The notes under the pieces are model-generated. The model was not told the origin of the DNA. It made no database searches and was given only the letters and a program-made list of their open reading frames with translations. Both the position numbers and the translations under genes were made by a program. This document shows positions 1 through 9,785 of a stretch of 14,149 bases of DNA, in pieces. Numbering within the stretch: position 1 is the first letter of the stretch; each line of letters begins with the position of its first letter. This DNA comes from Methanobacteriota archaeon (GTDB lineage Archaea > Thermoplasmatota > Thermoplasmata > SG8-5 > JAGLSY01), in NCBI GenBank assembly GCA_020696385.1, contig JAEHCQ010000011.1, forward strand, positions 1 to 14,149. Reading direction: 5' to 3'.

Positions 1-824
1 AAAAAGAGCAGGCCAGTATTGCAAAGAGTGTTCATTGCTCCGATCCCTGCATAGGTCCCATAAAGACTGGATTCCTCTCCAACAAGAGGTCCACGAACAA
101 AAGTGGTGTTCATGCTGTAAACATCATTGCCAACCTCGAAGACCAGCGCGTACCAGTGATGATACACGGCATTCGTGTCGATATCCACGAATGCTTGGAA
201 TTCCTTTCCATCCAGATAATTGTCATCTAGAACATCGATCGGTTCCAACTGCACGTCCTGAGAGTCCCACCAGAGTTCTCTGGCATACGCAACTCTTAGA
301 TCAATATCTTCCAGATATAGATCATCAAAAGGCGCATCGGAATAAACTGTAACATTGAAGGTATAAATCACTCCTTGAAAATCCTGATAGGGAGTCACAT
401 CCCCGCCTTCAAGAGAATACCAATAAGTTGAGCCAGGTGGAGTGTATCTGCCATCATCCCCCAATTCCACCATGCTGCTGTCTTCCCAGTCCCTTACGAT
501 CTCCGAATGGCCGTAATCGGGCTCATCCATGGTGTAGGTATTGTGAAGCACCAGCACATACACAACGGAGCCAATTATCAAAAATATGGCTACGCCAAAT
601 ACCATGAGGAACTTGATATCACGAATACCAAAAATATAGAAGATACCAAAGGTCGCGGCCACGGTGATGACCAGTATGATAAAGGGTGCCAATGAGCTAA
701 GACCAAGAGGTGTGAGGAATATAAGAGCCAGCAGGAACATATCCAGCATAAGTGCTATCAAGACCCCTATTGGCATAGAATATTTCATTTTACTCAGCTT
801 ATCAATGGCAGGTGGAAGTTCCAT
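1..824 (-). CDS. Hypothetical membrane protein, 3' end outside the window (>=274 aa)
   Basis: Not in the ORF track. Hand translation from ATG at 824 (GAGGG upstream) is open to the window edge: MELPPAIDKLSKMKYSMPIGVLIALMLDMFLLALIFLTPLGLSSLAPFIILVITVAATFGIFYIFG... It has three N-terminal hydrophobic segments, an acidic probably extracellular domain, and a further hydrophobic stretch at the edge. Confidence 0.8.
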   Translation of the reverse strand, partial: MELPPAIDKLSKMKYSMPIGVLIALMLDMFLLALIFLTPLGLSSLAPFIILVITVAATFGIFYIFGIRDIKFLMVFGVAIFLIIGSVVYVLVLHNTYTMDEPDYGHSEIVRDWEDSSMVELGDDGRYTPPGSTYWYSLEGGDVTPYQDFQGVIYTFNVTVYSDAPFDDLYLEDIDLRVAYARELWWDSQDVQLEPIDVLDDNYLDGKEFQAFVDIDTNAVYHHWYALVFEVGNDVYSMNTTFVRGPLVGEESSLYGTYAGIGAMNTLCNTGLLF

Positions 825-900
825 AAGACCCTCGATACACTGCTTATAGATAATATTTAGCACGACTTGTTAGGGAAATTATCCATTGAATAATTACGGC

Positions 901-3030
901 CTACCAGTCAATAGTCCAGCTAACATCACCCGACACCTTCACCCAATACGCCTCACCCCTCTTCAGAACATAGGGGTCGGCCAGGCTCTGAAGCAGATAC
1001 GTGCCCCCGGAATCATAGCCTTCCACAAGCAGAATTCCAGTGACATCGCCCTTCATACTGGCGATGTCATATGCTGTATCGTTCTGAGCAGGATATCCGA
1101 TTAGATTCCAGCCAGCCTTCAAATTTATGGTGGTCGATACAGGATAGTCTCCAGCAAAAGTAAGATCACCATCTCCAAGACTGGTTATCTTTATCCAAAA
1201 GCCGATCTCATGGTCTATCGTGGTAAGGTCGGCCAGGGTGGATGTCGCGGTATTGTAGTGCTTCCAGTGGTCGGTCGAGTCAGTGGCATCATACCAGTAT
1301 GCCTCGCTCCAGGTTGTCGCACCGTCGCCCCATGAATCATCCAGCACCGTGGTTATGGTCTCATCGTTCTGAACAAGAGGTATGGAAATAAAATTCCAGC
1401 CAGTGCTGGTTATCGGAATATCATAAGTTGTCTCTGGAATGTAGTTTATCTCATTATTGGATTGAGCTATCATATTGAGACCATCATCCCCGGAGTTACT
1501 ATTGCCAGTCAGATCGATCGTGTTCGATTCGGACCATACGATCTGCGGCCTCCATTCATTTGCTACAAAGCCAATGTCAATATCCGGATTATAAGCATGA
1601 GCCGCATCTTCTTCATCCGGGAAGGATATCACAACATCCTGATTTGCCCCAGACCATACTGGGGATGCTGCAAATGCATCATCGCAAACTGATTCATGGA
1701 CCTCTTCAGTGCCCATGGTACTAAGAGCATCCAGCTCAGTCCAAACAACATGAACCCTTATGCCGCCAGTTCCAGGATCTGTAGCGATAGTGGGGTTCCA
1801 AACATCATTGCCATCCGAATGACTTATCTGCATATCATTCGCCAGGCCAGTCCACGATGCGGGATCACCGTTTTGTGATGAGCCAGAGTAATATACTTCT
1901 CCGGGAGTGAACAGAACACCATTGTATTGATCCCAAATGGCATGCACACGATCCTCAGAAGCTGCCAATTGAACCCTGCCAGCGAAATTACCATCATCAA
2001 CATCTCGGCTTATGATGGAGATCGGTTCCCATGAATCACCAGTGTCCATCGAGCGAGTGTACAGAGCCTCGGATGACCAGCTGACTGCGCCCTGCGGCAT
2101 ATCCTGTGTCCAGGCAACATGCACGATCCTTCCATCCGCCCCACCTACGGCGATATCGGCCAGATTCGCATTTTCCGTGGCGACAGGATCGCTGATGATC
2201 ACATCACCATCTATGTCGCCAGTCCATGTCATACCCAGGTCGAAGGATCTGGAATATCGTGTTCTGCATATACCATCCCCGCCTCCCCATTCGGACCATA
2301 CGGCATGTATCACGATCGGATTGGAGCTGATAGCAATCTTGGCAGTGTCTATCCAGAAGGAATTCTCGGCCTGGTCTCTGTTGCTGACCAGGCTCTCAGC
2401 TTTATTATCAAATCCAGACCATGTCCGGCCATTATCATCGGACATGGAGTGATGGATCTCGAATGTTCCGTCATCATATCCCTGTACCCAGACCACGTGC
2501 AATGTGCCCATGGGATCTATGGCTATGGAAGGTGATATCGCATTTGTTTGTCCCGTGGTAGTGCCTTCATCAGAATCACTTATTATCGTATCATTCTCAA
2601 ATACTTCATCATTGCTCCATTCCTGACCTCTTTCATCTGGCCATGACATCGAGTAATGTATCTCGGAGAATCCGCCGTGTATCGGATCATTATTGAATTC
2701 CTGCCAGATCGTGTGTATGGAGCCTGCGTATCCATTGCTTATGGTATCGGGATTGGTCGGTGTGACCATGATACTTGGAAATTGTGCATCAAAGGATCCA
2801 TTATCATCAAAGCTGACTATGAAGTCGCCATCCTCGGTCACTCCACGAGGATCGATTGGAATAGGAGCATTGAATGGTGCTGGCTGCGCCTCGGAATTAA
2901 TATAAAAAGGATCTGAAGAAGCCTCATGAATATTAGATGTCAAAGAAATTGAGATCGTGAAACTCATCATCATGATTGCCACCAGTACTACCGAATACAT
3001 GCCCACTGCTTTAGATAATGCGCTCTTCAT
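901..3030 (-). CDS. Secreted/surface protein with Asp-box (BNR, sialidase-like beta-propeller) repeats
   Basis: 709-aa ORF with an N-terminal hydrophobic signal/anchor. Repeated H-x-x-W...YSxSxDxGxTW units (SDDNGRTW, SFDLGMTW, SMDTGDSW). Acidic composition. C-terminal duplicated GWN(F/L)I...(F/Y)W(I/V)K module. Confidence 0.75.
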   Translation of the reverse strand: MKSALSKAVGMYSVVLVAIMMMSFTISISLTSNIHEASSDPFYINSEAQPAPFNAPIPIDPRGVTEDGDFIVSFDDNGSFDAQFPSIMVTPTNPDTISNGYAGSIHTIWQEFNNDPIHGGFSEIHYSMSWPDERGQEWSNDEVFENDTIISDSDEGTTTGQTNAISPSIAIDPMGTLHVVWVQGYDDGTFEIHHSMSDDNGRTWSGFDNKAESLVSNRDQAENSFWIDTAKIAISSNPIVIHAVWSEWGGGDGICRTRYSRSFDLGMTWTGDIDGDVIISDPVATENANLADIAVGGADGRIVHVAWTQDMPQGAVSWSSEALYTRSMDTGDSWEPISIISRDVDDGNFAGRVQLAASEDRVHAIWDQYNGVLFTPGEVYYSGSSQNGDPASWTGLANDMQISHSDGNDVWNPTIATDPGTGGIRVHVVWTELDALSTMGTEEVHESVCDDAFAASPVWSGANQDVVISFPDEEDAAHAYNPDIDIGFVANEWRPQIVWSESNTIDLTGNSNSGDDGLNMIAQSNNEINYIPETTYDIPITSTGWNFISIPLVQNDETITTVLDDSWGDGATTWSEAYWYDATDSTDHWKHYNTATSTLADLTTIDHEIGFWIKITSLGDGDLTFAGDYPVSTTINLKAGWNLIGYPAQNDTAYDIASMKGDVTGILLVEGYDSGGTYLLQSLADPYVLKRGEAYWVKVSGDVSWTIDW

Positions 3031-3100
3031 CTATTCCACCACTAGAATATCATATTGATATCATTTAATTTATAATTTTGCAATGCAAACACAATAGTGT

Positions 3101-6034
3101 TCATTGCCGTATACTTTCAAGAGCCTTTTTCGTTCTTTCCGCCAGGATCTTCATCTCGGCTTTCTCGAAGACAGCCAGGGCATTTTGCAGATGATCCCTT
3201 GCCTTGTCCTTTTCTCCTCTTTGGGAATATGCATCTCCAAAGGCAAGATATGCCATCCCCAGTTTTCCTGGCTCGCCTATTTCTTTTGATAGCACGATTC
3301 CTTTTTCAAAGTGCTCTACAGCCCCAGTCCATTCATCCATTTTGAATAATAATGAGCCCATTATCGTATGTGTTGGCGCGGAAATATCTTTAAAATTATG
3401 CTCTTCAGCGATCTGGATGGCTTTCATGCAATGTCGCTGTGCGTCCTCCAGCTTTCCCAACTCGTACTCGGCCTCGCTTAGATTATTGAGCGCCTGGGCA
3501 ATGCCCCAAGTATCGTCTATCCTCTCCACGACACCCAGATACTTCTCATAATAAGATATCGCGGTCTCATAGTCCTCAAGATCAAAAAAGCAGGCACCCA
3601 GATTATTGTACGTATTGGCCATTCCACTCATATCGCCGATACGGTGTCTTATCTCCAGGCTCTTTTTGTTCATCTCGATCGCCTGTTCCAACTGGCCGGT
3701 CTTACGATATGTGGTGCCGACATTGATATAGGCCATGGCAACGCCTCTGACATCGCCGATCTTCTGCCTCAACTTTAGGCACTTCCCATAGCTGTCCAGT
3801 GCATCATCGAACCTGCCGACATTGTCATAGATGACGCCGAGATTATTGTAAGCATTGGTGATCCCCTGCTCGTAGCCGGATTCGAGCATGTACTTCCGCG
3901 CGCTTTCCCAGGCCTCGATGGTCTTTGGATAATCGCTCATATGCCAGTACACACCGCCCAGGTTCAGATAGGCCTGGGCGACCTCTTTATCATCGCCCAT
4001 CCTCTGGCTGGTATCAAGATAATTCTGCTGTATCTTCAATGCTTTATCGTATTCGCCCTTTCGCAGATACACCTTGCCAAGACCACCATAGGCCCCAGCC
4101 AGCAAAAGCTCATCCTTGGCCTCCTTGGCCTGCTGGATCGCACTTTCAAAGCTCTGAATTGACAGATCATATTCACCCTTGCTGAAGTATATGGATCCCA
4201 GGCTCTTGTCGATGCCAGCAATGAGAGAGCACTCGGTACATGCCTCGCGTGCTTTCTGTGATGCGGATATGGCCTCATCGTACATTCCATTCAATTCATA
4301 CAGACTGGCCAGTGTCGTATTGATGCCCTGGCCTCGTTCCTTTCTCACCCCGCTGATGCCTATCAGGCGAGACGCGTCTTCATAGAAAATTGCCGCTTCT
4401 TTCGGAGCATAATTATTGCTGGCCTTATCTCCAGCCTCAATGGAATAGTCAATGCCCTTATCGTATTCGCCAGTCTGGGAAAAGTGCCTGGCCAGTTTGA
4501 ACAATACGCTATCGATATCATATTCATACAGGAACTCGATGGATTCTCCCGCGATCCTATGCAGGACATTGTGCCACCTCTGGCTCAGATCGGAATATAT
4601 CGCTTCCTGGACCATGCCATGTCGGAAAGTATATTGCCCGTCTTCCATCCGAGATAGTAATTCTTTATCGCAGAGCTCATCCAGGATACCCCGCACCCTC
4701 TGGATGTCCATTTCCGCGCCCATGCTTATCACATGGGGGTCAAAGACAGTTCCCAGGACCGAGGCGAATTCTATCACATGGATGGTATCCAGGCTCATGA
4801 ATTCCAGTTGTTTGGATACAATGTCAGCGGCTGAAGAAGGGATCAATTCTGCATGATCGCTCTTGAATATCCAAAGACCATCCTCATTGAAGATCATCTT
4901 TTGAGCCAGCATTGTTCTCAATACCTCGATTATGAAAAATGGATTGCCACCTATCTCATCATGGATCATCTCTGCCAGGCCATCGGGAATATTCGAGCCG
5001 CCCAAAGTACTGGATATGATCGACCCAATATTTTCGAAGGATAGTCGATCCAGCTGTATTTCCTCAATTATGGATTCCTTCTTCATGGAATTGATCGTAT
5101 CGACAAGCAGGTCGGACATATTATCTGGCTCATAGGTGCAGCAAATCATCACACGCTTATCACGAAGATTTCTTGAAAGGTAAGGTATGGCCATCAAGGT
5201 CGCTTCATCGGCAAGGTGGATATCCTCAAGAAGAAGTATGAGTCCTTTTTCTGCCTTTCCTTCCAATACCTTCTGGACCTTCACCTGAGCTGCCAGTCTC
5301 TCCGCCTCGATGTTCATCGATTCCAATGTCCTTCTGACAGGATATCGATTATTGATCAGCTTGCCGAGCACATCACGGGTTCCGCTCACACTATCCAGAT
5401 CACCATCCCAATCGCGCAGGAGGTCTCCAAACTCAGCCTCGACATTGGCAAGCAGTTTGTTCAGATCGCCCCTCATACGAGGATGCTCCTCACCGGAAAC
5501 AACGCCAGCCAGGAACACGAAATCTCCGTGTTCCAGCAATACTTTTTTGTTTCTGTACTCCAGCCTGCCCAGGCCACCATCGATGGTCGGCATTTCCCCA
5601 TCGCCAAAGGAATCTTTAACAAAATCCTGGACCGCGGTGAGCATGGAGCTGAGAATGTCCTCATCAACACCTTCATCATCGGAACTGGATAGATGAGTTA
5701 TGAGAAGACCTACACGGCTTATCAAGAAAAGCTCATCAAAAGAATTCTGATCCTCAAGGCTGAGGGCTTCAGTATCTCCCAGAACAGCCAGTGCTTCCCT
5801 GAAGGGATTGTAGGGTTCCGAGCTTTCAGTGGAGGTGGCATGGCCGATAGTGGTGGTCACATCCTGGGAACGTGCCTCCTTCATGATGATATGAGCCAGG
5901 TTTGTTTTACCAAGACCAGCCTCACCGCCAATGAACACGGTCTGTCCATTGCCATTCGTCGAGCTGTCAAGCAATTTTCTAAGACGTGCCAGCTCATCTT
6001 CTCTTCCAATAATGCCAGTTGATACTTCCGCCAT
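3101..6034 (-). CDS. STAND/AAA_16-type ATPase with C-terminal TPR array
   Basis: 977 aa. IIGREDEL start, Walker A GEAGLGKT, Walker B LLLLEDIH, GNPFF motif, YTFRHGMVQEAIY, then many TPR-like repeats (AYNNLGVIY, AYINVGTTY, TYNNLGACF). Confidence 0.85.
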   Translation of the reverse strand: MAEVSTGIIGREDELARLRKLLDSSTNGNGQTVFIGGEAGLGKTNLAHIIMKEARSQDVTTTIGHATSTESSEPYNPFREALAVLGDTEALSLEDQNSFDELFLISRVGLLITHLSSSDDEGVDEDILSSMLTAVQDFVKDSFGDGEMPTIDGGLGRLEYRNKKVLLEHGDFVFLAGVVSGEEHPRMRGDLNKLLANVEAEFGDLLRDWDGDLDSVSGTRDVLGKLINNRYPVRRTLESMNIEAERLAAQVKVQKVLEGKAEKGLILLLEDIHLADEATLMAIPYLSRNLRDKRVMICCTYEPDNMSDLLVDTINSMKKESIIEEIQLDRLSFENIGSIISSTLGGSNIPDGLAEMIHDEIGGNPFFIIEVLRTMLAQKMIFNEDGLWIFKSDHAELIPSSAADIVSKQLEFMSLDTIHVIEFASVLGTVFDPHVISMGAEMDIQRVRGILDELCDKELLSRMEDGQYTFRHGMVQEAIYSDLSQRWHNVLHRIAGESIEFLYEYDIDSVLFKLARHFSQTGEYDKGIDYSIEAGDKASNNYAPKEAAIFYEDASRLIGISGVRKERGQGINTTLASLYELNGMYDEAISASQKAREACTECSLIAGIDKSLGSIYFSKGEYDLSIQSFESAIQQAKEAKDELLLAGAYGGLGKVYLRKGEYDKALKIQQNYLDTSQRMGDDKEVAQAYLNLGGVYWHMSDYPKTIEAWESARKYMLESGYEQGITNAYNNLGVIYDNVGRFDDALDSYGKCLKLRQKIGDVRGVAMAYINVGTTYRKTGQLEQAIEMNKKSLEIRHRIGDMSGMANTYNNLGACFFDLEDYETAISYYEKYLGVVERIDDTWGIAQALNNLSEAEYELGKLEDAQRHCMKAIQIAEEHNFKDISAPTHTIMGSLLFKMDEWTGAVEHFEKGIVLSKEIGEPGKLGMAYLAFGDAYSQRGEKDKARDHLQNALAVFEKAEMKILAERTKKALESIRQ

Positions 6035-6140
6035 CGTACCTAAATGTACTTCGTGATATTTAGTTATGGTCTTTCACAAAATCTTGTACAACAAAATCTA
6101 AATACACCTATTTACAATTGTAATAAGTGGTGAAGATGAG

Positions 6141-6458
6141 ATGAAAGAATCAAGGAGATTATTATTAAAGATGCCCCTGGAGATCGCATTCGCATTCAGC
6201 TTTGTTTCATTGTTCTGGTTCGGATTATTCAGTTACCTGGAATATGCTTCTGGAATGACCAGTAAGATACATGCGGAACTACCCTGGTTATCAATGCTAA
6301 TGGCACTGATCACAACTGCGAACTGCCTGGTCATAAGTGTCATGGGATATCTGGACAAGAGCAGCTCGGAGGACGAGTTGGAAAAGTATCTGGTCAAAAT
6401 GGGTGCCTTTCCACTGACCAGCCATACCCCTGTACCAGTATATGTGAATGATCCTTGA
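6141..6458 (+). CDS. Small hypothetical membrane protein (2 predicted TM helices)
   Basis: 105-aa ORF divergent from the ATPase gene, GGTGA ribosome-binding site upstream, two hydrophobic segments. Confidence 0.65.
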   Translation: MKESRRLLLKMPLEIAFAFSFVSLFWFGLFSYLEYASGMTSKIHAELPWLSMLMALITTANCLVISVMGYLDKSSSEDELEKYLVKMGAFPLTSHTPVPVYVNDP

Positions 6459-6474
6459 ATGATCCTTGAATGAT
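6445..6474 (+). repeat. 11-bp tandem repeat (tgaatgatcct x2.7) spanning a stop codon
   Basis: tgaatgatcct tgaatgatcct tgaatgat. The TGA stop at 6456-6458 lies inside it. Confidence 0.9.
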
Positions 6475-6567
6475 ATTTCAGGTCAACTTAAAAAGTTCGT
6501 CCAGTCCAATATTATTCGGTAAGCCAAATCGCAAAGCTTTATGACTTGGCGATGGATTCCAGATGTA

Positions 6568-7545
6568 ATGCCAGAAGGATCAAAAGCGGAGTCCAAAATA
6601 GAACCCAGCATATCGGACAAAGCTCTCGAGGAGAAGGATAAATGCAATCGTGCATCCATTATTCTGAATGCCCTTCTTTTCATTTCAAAGTTCATCATCG
6701 GCATATTATCCATGTCAATGTCCGTATTGTCGGATGCTATCGACAGTGGTATCGATGTCATCACCTCGGCAATGGCCAGGTATTCCGTTAGGAAGGCTCA
6801 TGAACCCGCGGATGAAGATCACAGTTATGGCCATGGAAAATACGAGAATCTATCTGGCTTCATTCAGGCGATCGTCATAGTGATAATCGCCATCGTCATC
6901 ATTCTGGAGGCCATAAGAAGAATTATCAGCGGGGTGGTCCTTGAGAACCTGGACCTGGGCATTATCATCATGATCATCTCCATGATCGTGAAGTTCGGGC
7001 TTTCCCAGAAAATGTTTGGGATATCCAAAAAACATGAGTCCATGGCCATGGAGGCTAATGCGTATAATATGAGGGCGGATGTATGGATGTCATTTGGAAT
7101 ATTGATATCACTGGCTATCATCAGGTTTGGCGAGCCATATGTGGATAATATCGAATATATCGATCCAGTACTGGCAATTATTATCGGCATCATGATAATG
7201 AGATCGGCCTTTGATATTGCGAAAAGATCAAGCCAGGATCTTCTTGACGTGCAGCTTCCAGAAGATGAGCTGAAGATCGTTAAGAGGATCATGGCACAGC
7301 ATGAGACGAAGCTTCTGGATTATCACAGGTTCAGAGCCAGGAAGTCAGGTAATGAGAGGCATATAGACATGCACATAGTTGTTCCGAAAGATATCAGCAT
7401 CCTGGATGCCCATAAGATAACGGATGACATTGAGAATGAGATAAAGGACAAGATAGACAATGCCTCGGTGGTCATCCATGTCGATCCCTGCGAGGGAGAA
7501 TGCACCGCATGCAGTAAGAAAGATGAAGATAAAGATGAAGAATAG
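6568..7545 (+). CDS. Cation diffusion facilitator (CDF/FieF-like) transporter
   Basis: SDAIDS, PADEDHSYGHGKYENL, RADVW, IDPVLA, RARKSG, HIDMH, VIHVDP motifs. Start placed at ATG 6568 rather than 6541 because a TATA-like ctttatga overlaps 6541 (inference). Confidence 0.9.
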   Translation: MPEGSKAESKIEPSISDKALEEKDKCNRASIILNALLFISKFIIGILSMSMSVLSDAIDSGIDVITSAMARYSVRKAHEPADEDHSYGHGKYENLSGFIQAIVIVIIAIVIILEAIRRIISGVVLENLDLGIIIMIISMIVKFGLSQKMFGISKKHESMAMEANAYNMRADVWMSFGILISLAIIRFGEPYVDNIEYIDPVLAIIIGIMIMRSAFDIAKRSSQDLLDVQLPEDELKIVKRIMAQHETKLLDYHRFRARKSGNERHIDMHIVVPKDISILDAHKITDDIENEIKDKIDNASVVIHVDPCEGECTACSKKDEDKDEE

Positions 7546-7565
7546 AGAACTTCATATCTAAAAAA

Positions 7566-8204
7566 TTAAGCATTTACAGCCATATCTGATCTATCCCTGA
7601 TTCTGCCATTTATGCAAATGAATCTCATATCGGATCTCGGCCGTGAATCAACTGGCCGAGGTGCTTGAACGACGTTCTTGGAAGTCTCAGCCTCGATATT
7701 GGACTTGCTGAATACCGTTTTAACATCATCCGGGAACTTATCTTCTGGGATGATTACCCGAACCTTCTTCACAACATATACTGGCCTCAGCCTGATGAGC
7801 TCCCTGGGCGCGCTCTTGCTCTCACTCTTGTTCTTGCTCTTCATCGCCCTGATATCCATGTTCAGGTCTGGATATCTTTTAGAGATCACGATCTTCAATG
7901 ATAATAGCAAGGCCAGGAAGACAATGCATATGAGCATGGTTCCAGGCCAATTGTTTGAAATGGGAGATATGGTCAACTTCTGTTTTTCCATATCCAGTGA
8001 CTGTGTATCCGAAGATCTGGGCTGGGTATCTTCCACTTCGTCTGGTACATCAGAAACAGGAGCAAGATTCGTACTGTCGCCATCTATGCCGATCAAAGTG
8101 CTAGAATCCGAGGCCTCTTCAGCACCGGTGCCAGAAATTAATAAAGTGAATAATATAATTATACTCGATATATAAATGATATTCCTTTTCGATGACCGAA
8201 CCAT
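7566..8204 (-). CDS. Hypothetical protein with signal peptide and one further TM segment
   Basis: 212-aa ORF filling the gap, with an N-terminal hydrophobic leader, acidic linker, TM segment and basic tail. TATA-like AAAAACTACTTATAG upstream on the minus strand. Confidence 0.6.
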   Translation of the reverse strand: MVRSSKRNIIYISSIIILFTLLISGTGAEEASDSSTLIGIDGDSTNLAPVSDVPDEVEDTQPRSSDTQSLDMEKQKLTISPISNNWPGTMLICIVFLALLLSLKIVISKRYPDLNMDIRAMKSKNKSESKSAPRELIRLRPVYVVKKVRVIIPEDKFPDDVKTVFSKSNIEAETSKNVVQAPRPVDSRPRSDMRFICINGRIRDRSDMAVNA

Positions 8205-8316
8205 ACAGATAATGATATGCCCAGGAGCCTATAAGTAGTTTTTCTAATGTTTCTCATAATGGATAGAATTATATTGAAATTAATTTGAAAATAACATGAA
8301 GATATCATAAATAATA

Positions 8317-8363
8317 TCAAAACATAATCAAAATATACTCAAAATATACTCAAAATATACTCA
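8317..8363. repeat. 11-bp intergenic tandem repeat (tcaaaatatac x3.3 plus one degenerate unit)
   Basis: Exact units at 8328, 8339 and 8350; degenerate tcaaaacataa at 8317. Confidence 0.9.
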
Positions 8364-8392
8364 TGAAATGTCCATATATTTTGATGGTCATT

Positions 8393-8803
8393 TCATGCAA
8401 CAAACAGCTTAACTTCGGTCACCTTCTTTGCAGAGCCCATCTCGAAGACCATATCCTTGACCTTCTCCGCCCTGCCAGCAAATATGAGAATATCACAACA
8501 GCTTTCCGAACTTTCACGGAAATCCGTATGCATGAAAGACTTGATGATATCCATGTTCCTGTGACGGATCTTGGACACATCTGGCTCGGCCGCGTGGTCA
8601 TACAGGGCGATAATGATGCCTTCCACCCTGCCGGACATCTTATCAGTATCCATCTTTGATTTCGTAAAAAGATGGATCGCATCCCGTATCAATTCAGAAC
8701 GATTGGAATAGCCCATATCCACGACAAGATCCTCTATATCACGAGCTTGCTGTCCAGGTACGCTAAATGATAATATCTCGGTATCCTTACCCTTGGAGGT
8801 CAT
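8393..8803 (-). CDS. NikR/CopG-family ribbon-helix-helix metal-responsive regulator
   Basis: LSFSVP...GYSNRSELIRDAI RHH domain followed by a NikR_C-like domain (GIIIALYDH, SFMHTD, CCDILIFAG). Confidence 0.85.
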   Translation of the reverse strand: MTSKGKDTEILSFSVPGQQARDIEDLVVDMGYSNRSELIRDAIHLFTKSKMDTDKMSGRVEGIIIALYDHAAEPDVSKIRHRNMDIIKSFMHTDFRESSESCCDILIFAGRAEKVKDMVFEMGSAKKVTEVKLFVA

Positions 8804-9564
8804 TAATGCATCCCACCATGAGACATGAACTTAACCAGCCACATGAGGAAGATACCAAACAGGAAGGTCAGGAAGGCCATGATGGTCCTCCATTTCCTAT
8901 GCTCCTTGTGAAGCTCGGGAATAAGATCACTGGCTGCGATGTAAATGAAACCACCAGCCGCGATAGGCAGGATATAAAACTGGAATTCACCCATCTCCGG
9001 TATCAGGAAATAACCCAGAACTCCGCCCAGCAATGCTGTAAGGGCGGATATGAAATTGAACAGGAGGGCCTTTTTCTTGGGCAGACCCCCATATACCAGC
9101 ACACCAAAATCTCCGATCTCTTGTGGTATTTCGTGAACTGATACCGCGATGGTCGCGATAATACCCAATTCTATGCTTGTGAGAAAGCTGGCTGCTATTA
9201 TCAGGCCGTCAATGAAATTATGAATCCCATCACCGAAAAGATTGATATAGGCGAAAGTGTGAATCTTGCAATCCTTCTCATGACAGTGTCTCCAGAGAAG
9301 TTTTTCCAGAATGAAGAATACCACAAAGCCTACGAGGACCAGCAGAAACATATTGTCCACACCCAGACCGTCCTCGAATTCATGAAGCGCCTCGGGTATC
9401 AGATGGAGAAATGCACCACCCAAAAGTGTTCCAGCAGATAACCCTACAAGACTCAGAAGGATCTTTTTCAATAGTTTATCTGATAATGAGATGGTGAGTG
9501 CTCCGACAAGAGAGAAAAGGCTCATCAAGAAGGTGGCCAGCAAGATCCATGATAGAACAGACAA
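8803..9564 (-). CDS. ZIP-family divalent metal (Zn) transporter
   Basis: GDGIHNFIDG, HEIPQEIGDFGVL, AAGGFIYIAASDLIPELH motifs. TTG start after GAGG. Its stop overlaps the regulator's start (TAATG). Confidence 0.92.
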   Translation of the reverse strand: MSVLSWILLATFLMSLFSLVGALTISLSDKLLKKILLSLVGLSAGTLLGGAFLHLIPEALHEFEDGLGVDNMFLLVLVGFVVFFILEKLLWRHCHEKDCKIHTFAYINLFGDGIHNFIDGLIIAASFLTSIELGIIATIAVSVHEIPQEIGDFGVLVYGGLPKKKALLFNFISALTALLGGVLGYFLIPEMGEFQFYILPIAAGGFIYIAASDLIPELHKEHRKWRTIMAFLTFLFGIFLMWLVKFMSHGGMH

Positions 9565-9599
9565 TTTTATTCCTCATAGAATCTAAAGAAGGCAGAGTA

Positions 9600-9632
9600 T
9601 TAATAATTTTCCACTGAAAGTTATTAACTTTC
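9600..9632. promoter_or_regulatory. Overlapping inverted repeats upstream of the ZIP/NikR-like operon; candidate operator
   Basis: ttaataa-N14-ttattaa (9600-9627) and gaaagtta-t-taactttc (9616-9632), about 35-70 bp upstream of the ZIP start. Operator role is inferred. Confidence 0.45.
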
Positions 9633-9746
9633 TGTAAAATAGTAGTGAATGTTATTAATTGTATTAAAAAATAGAAAATCAAAAGAGCGACACTGCTTAT
9701 TTGACGAGGAGTGTCGCACATGTTCCAGAGTTTACCTACACACCCA

Positions 9747-9785
9747 AGAGTAACTACATGCCCCAGAGTAACTACATGCCCCAGA
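9747..9785. repeat. 18-bp tandem repeat (agagtaactacatgcccc x2.2) containing the infB stop codon
   Basis: Exact units at 9747 and 9765; degenerate relatives extend left to about 9717. Confidence 0.9.

Noticed and set aside
35-849. Short plus-strand ORFs (35-352, 507-695, 664-849)
   Set aside because: They overlap a longer uninterrupted minus-strand ORF with a ribosome-binding site and membrane-protein character.
886-6022. Many 60-160 aa ORFs overlapping the two large genes
   Set aside because: Antisense or off-frame shadows with no recognisable motifs.
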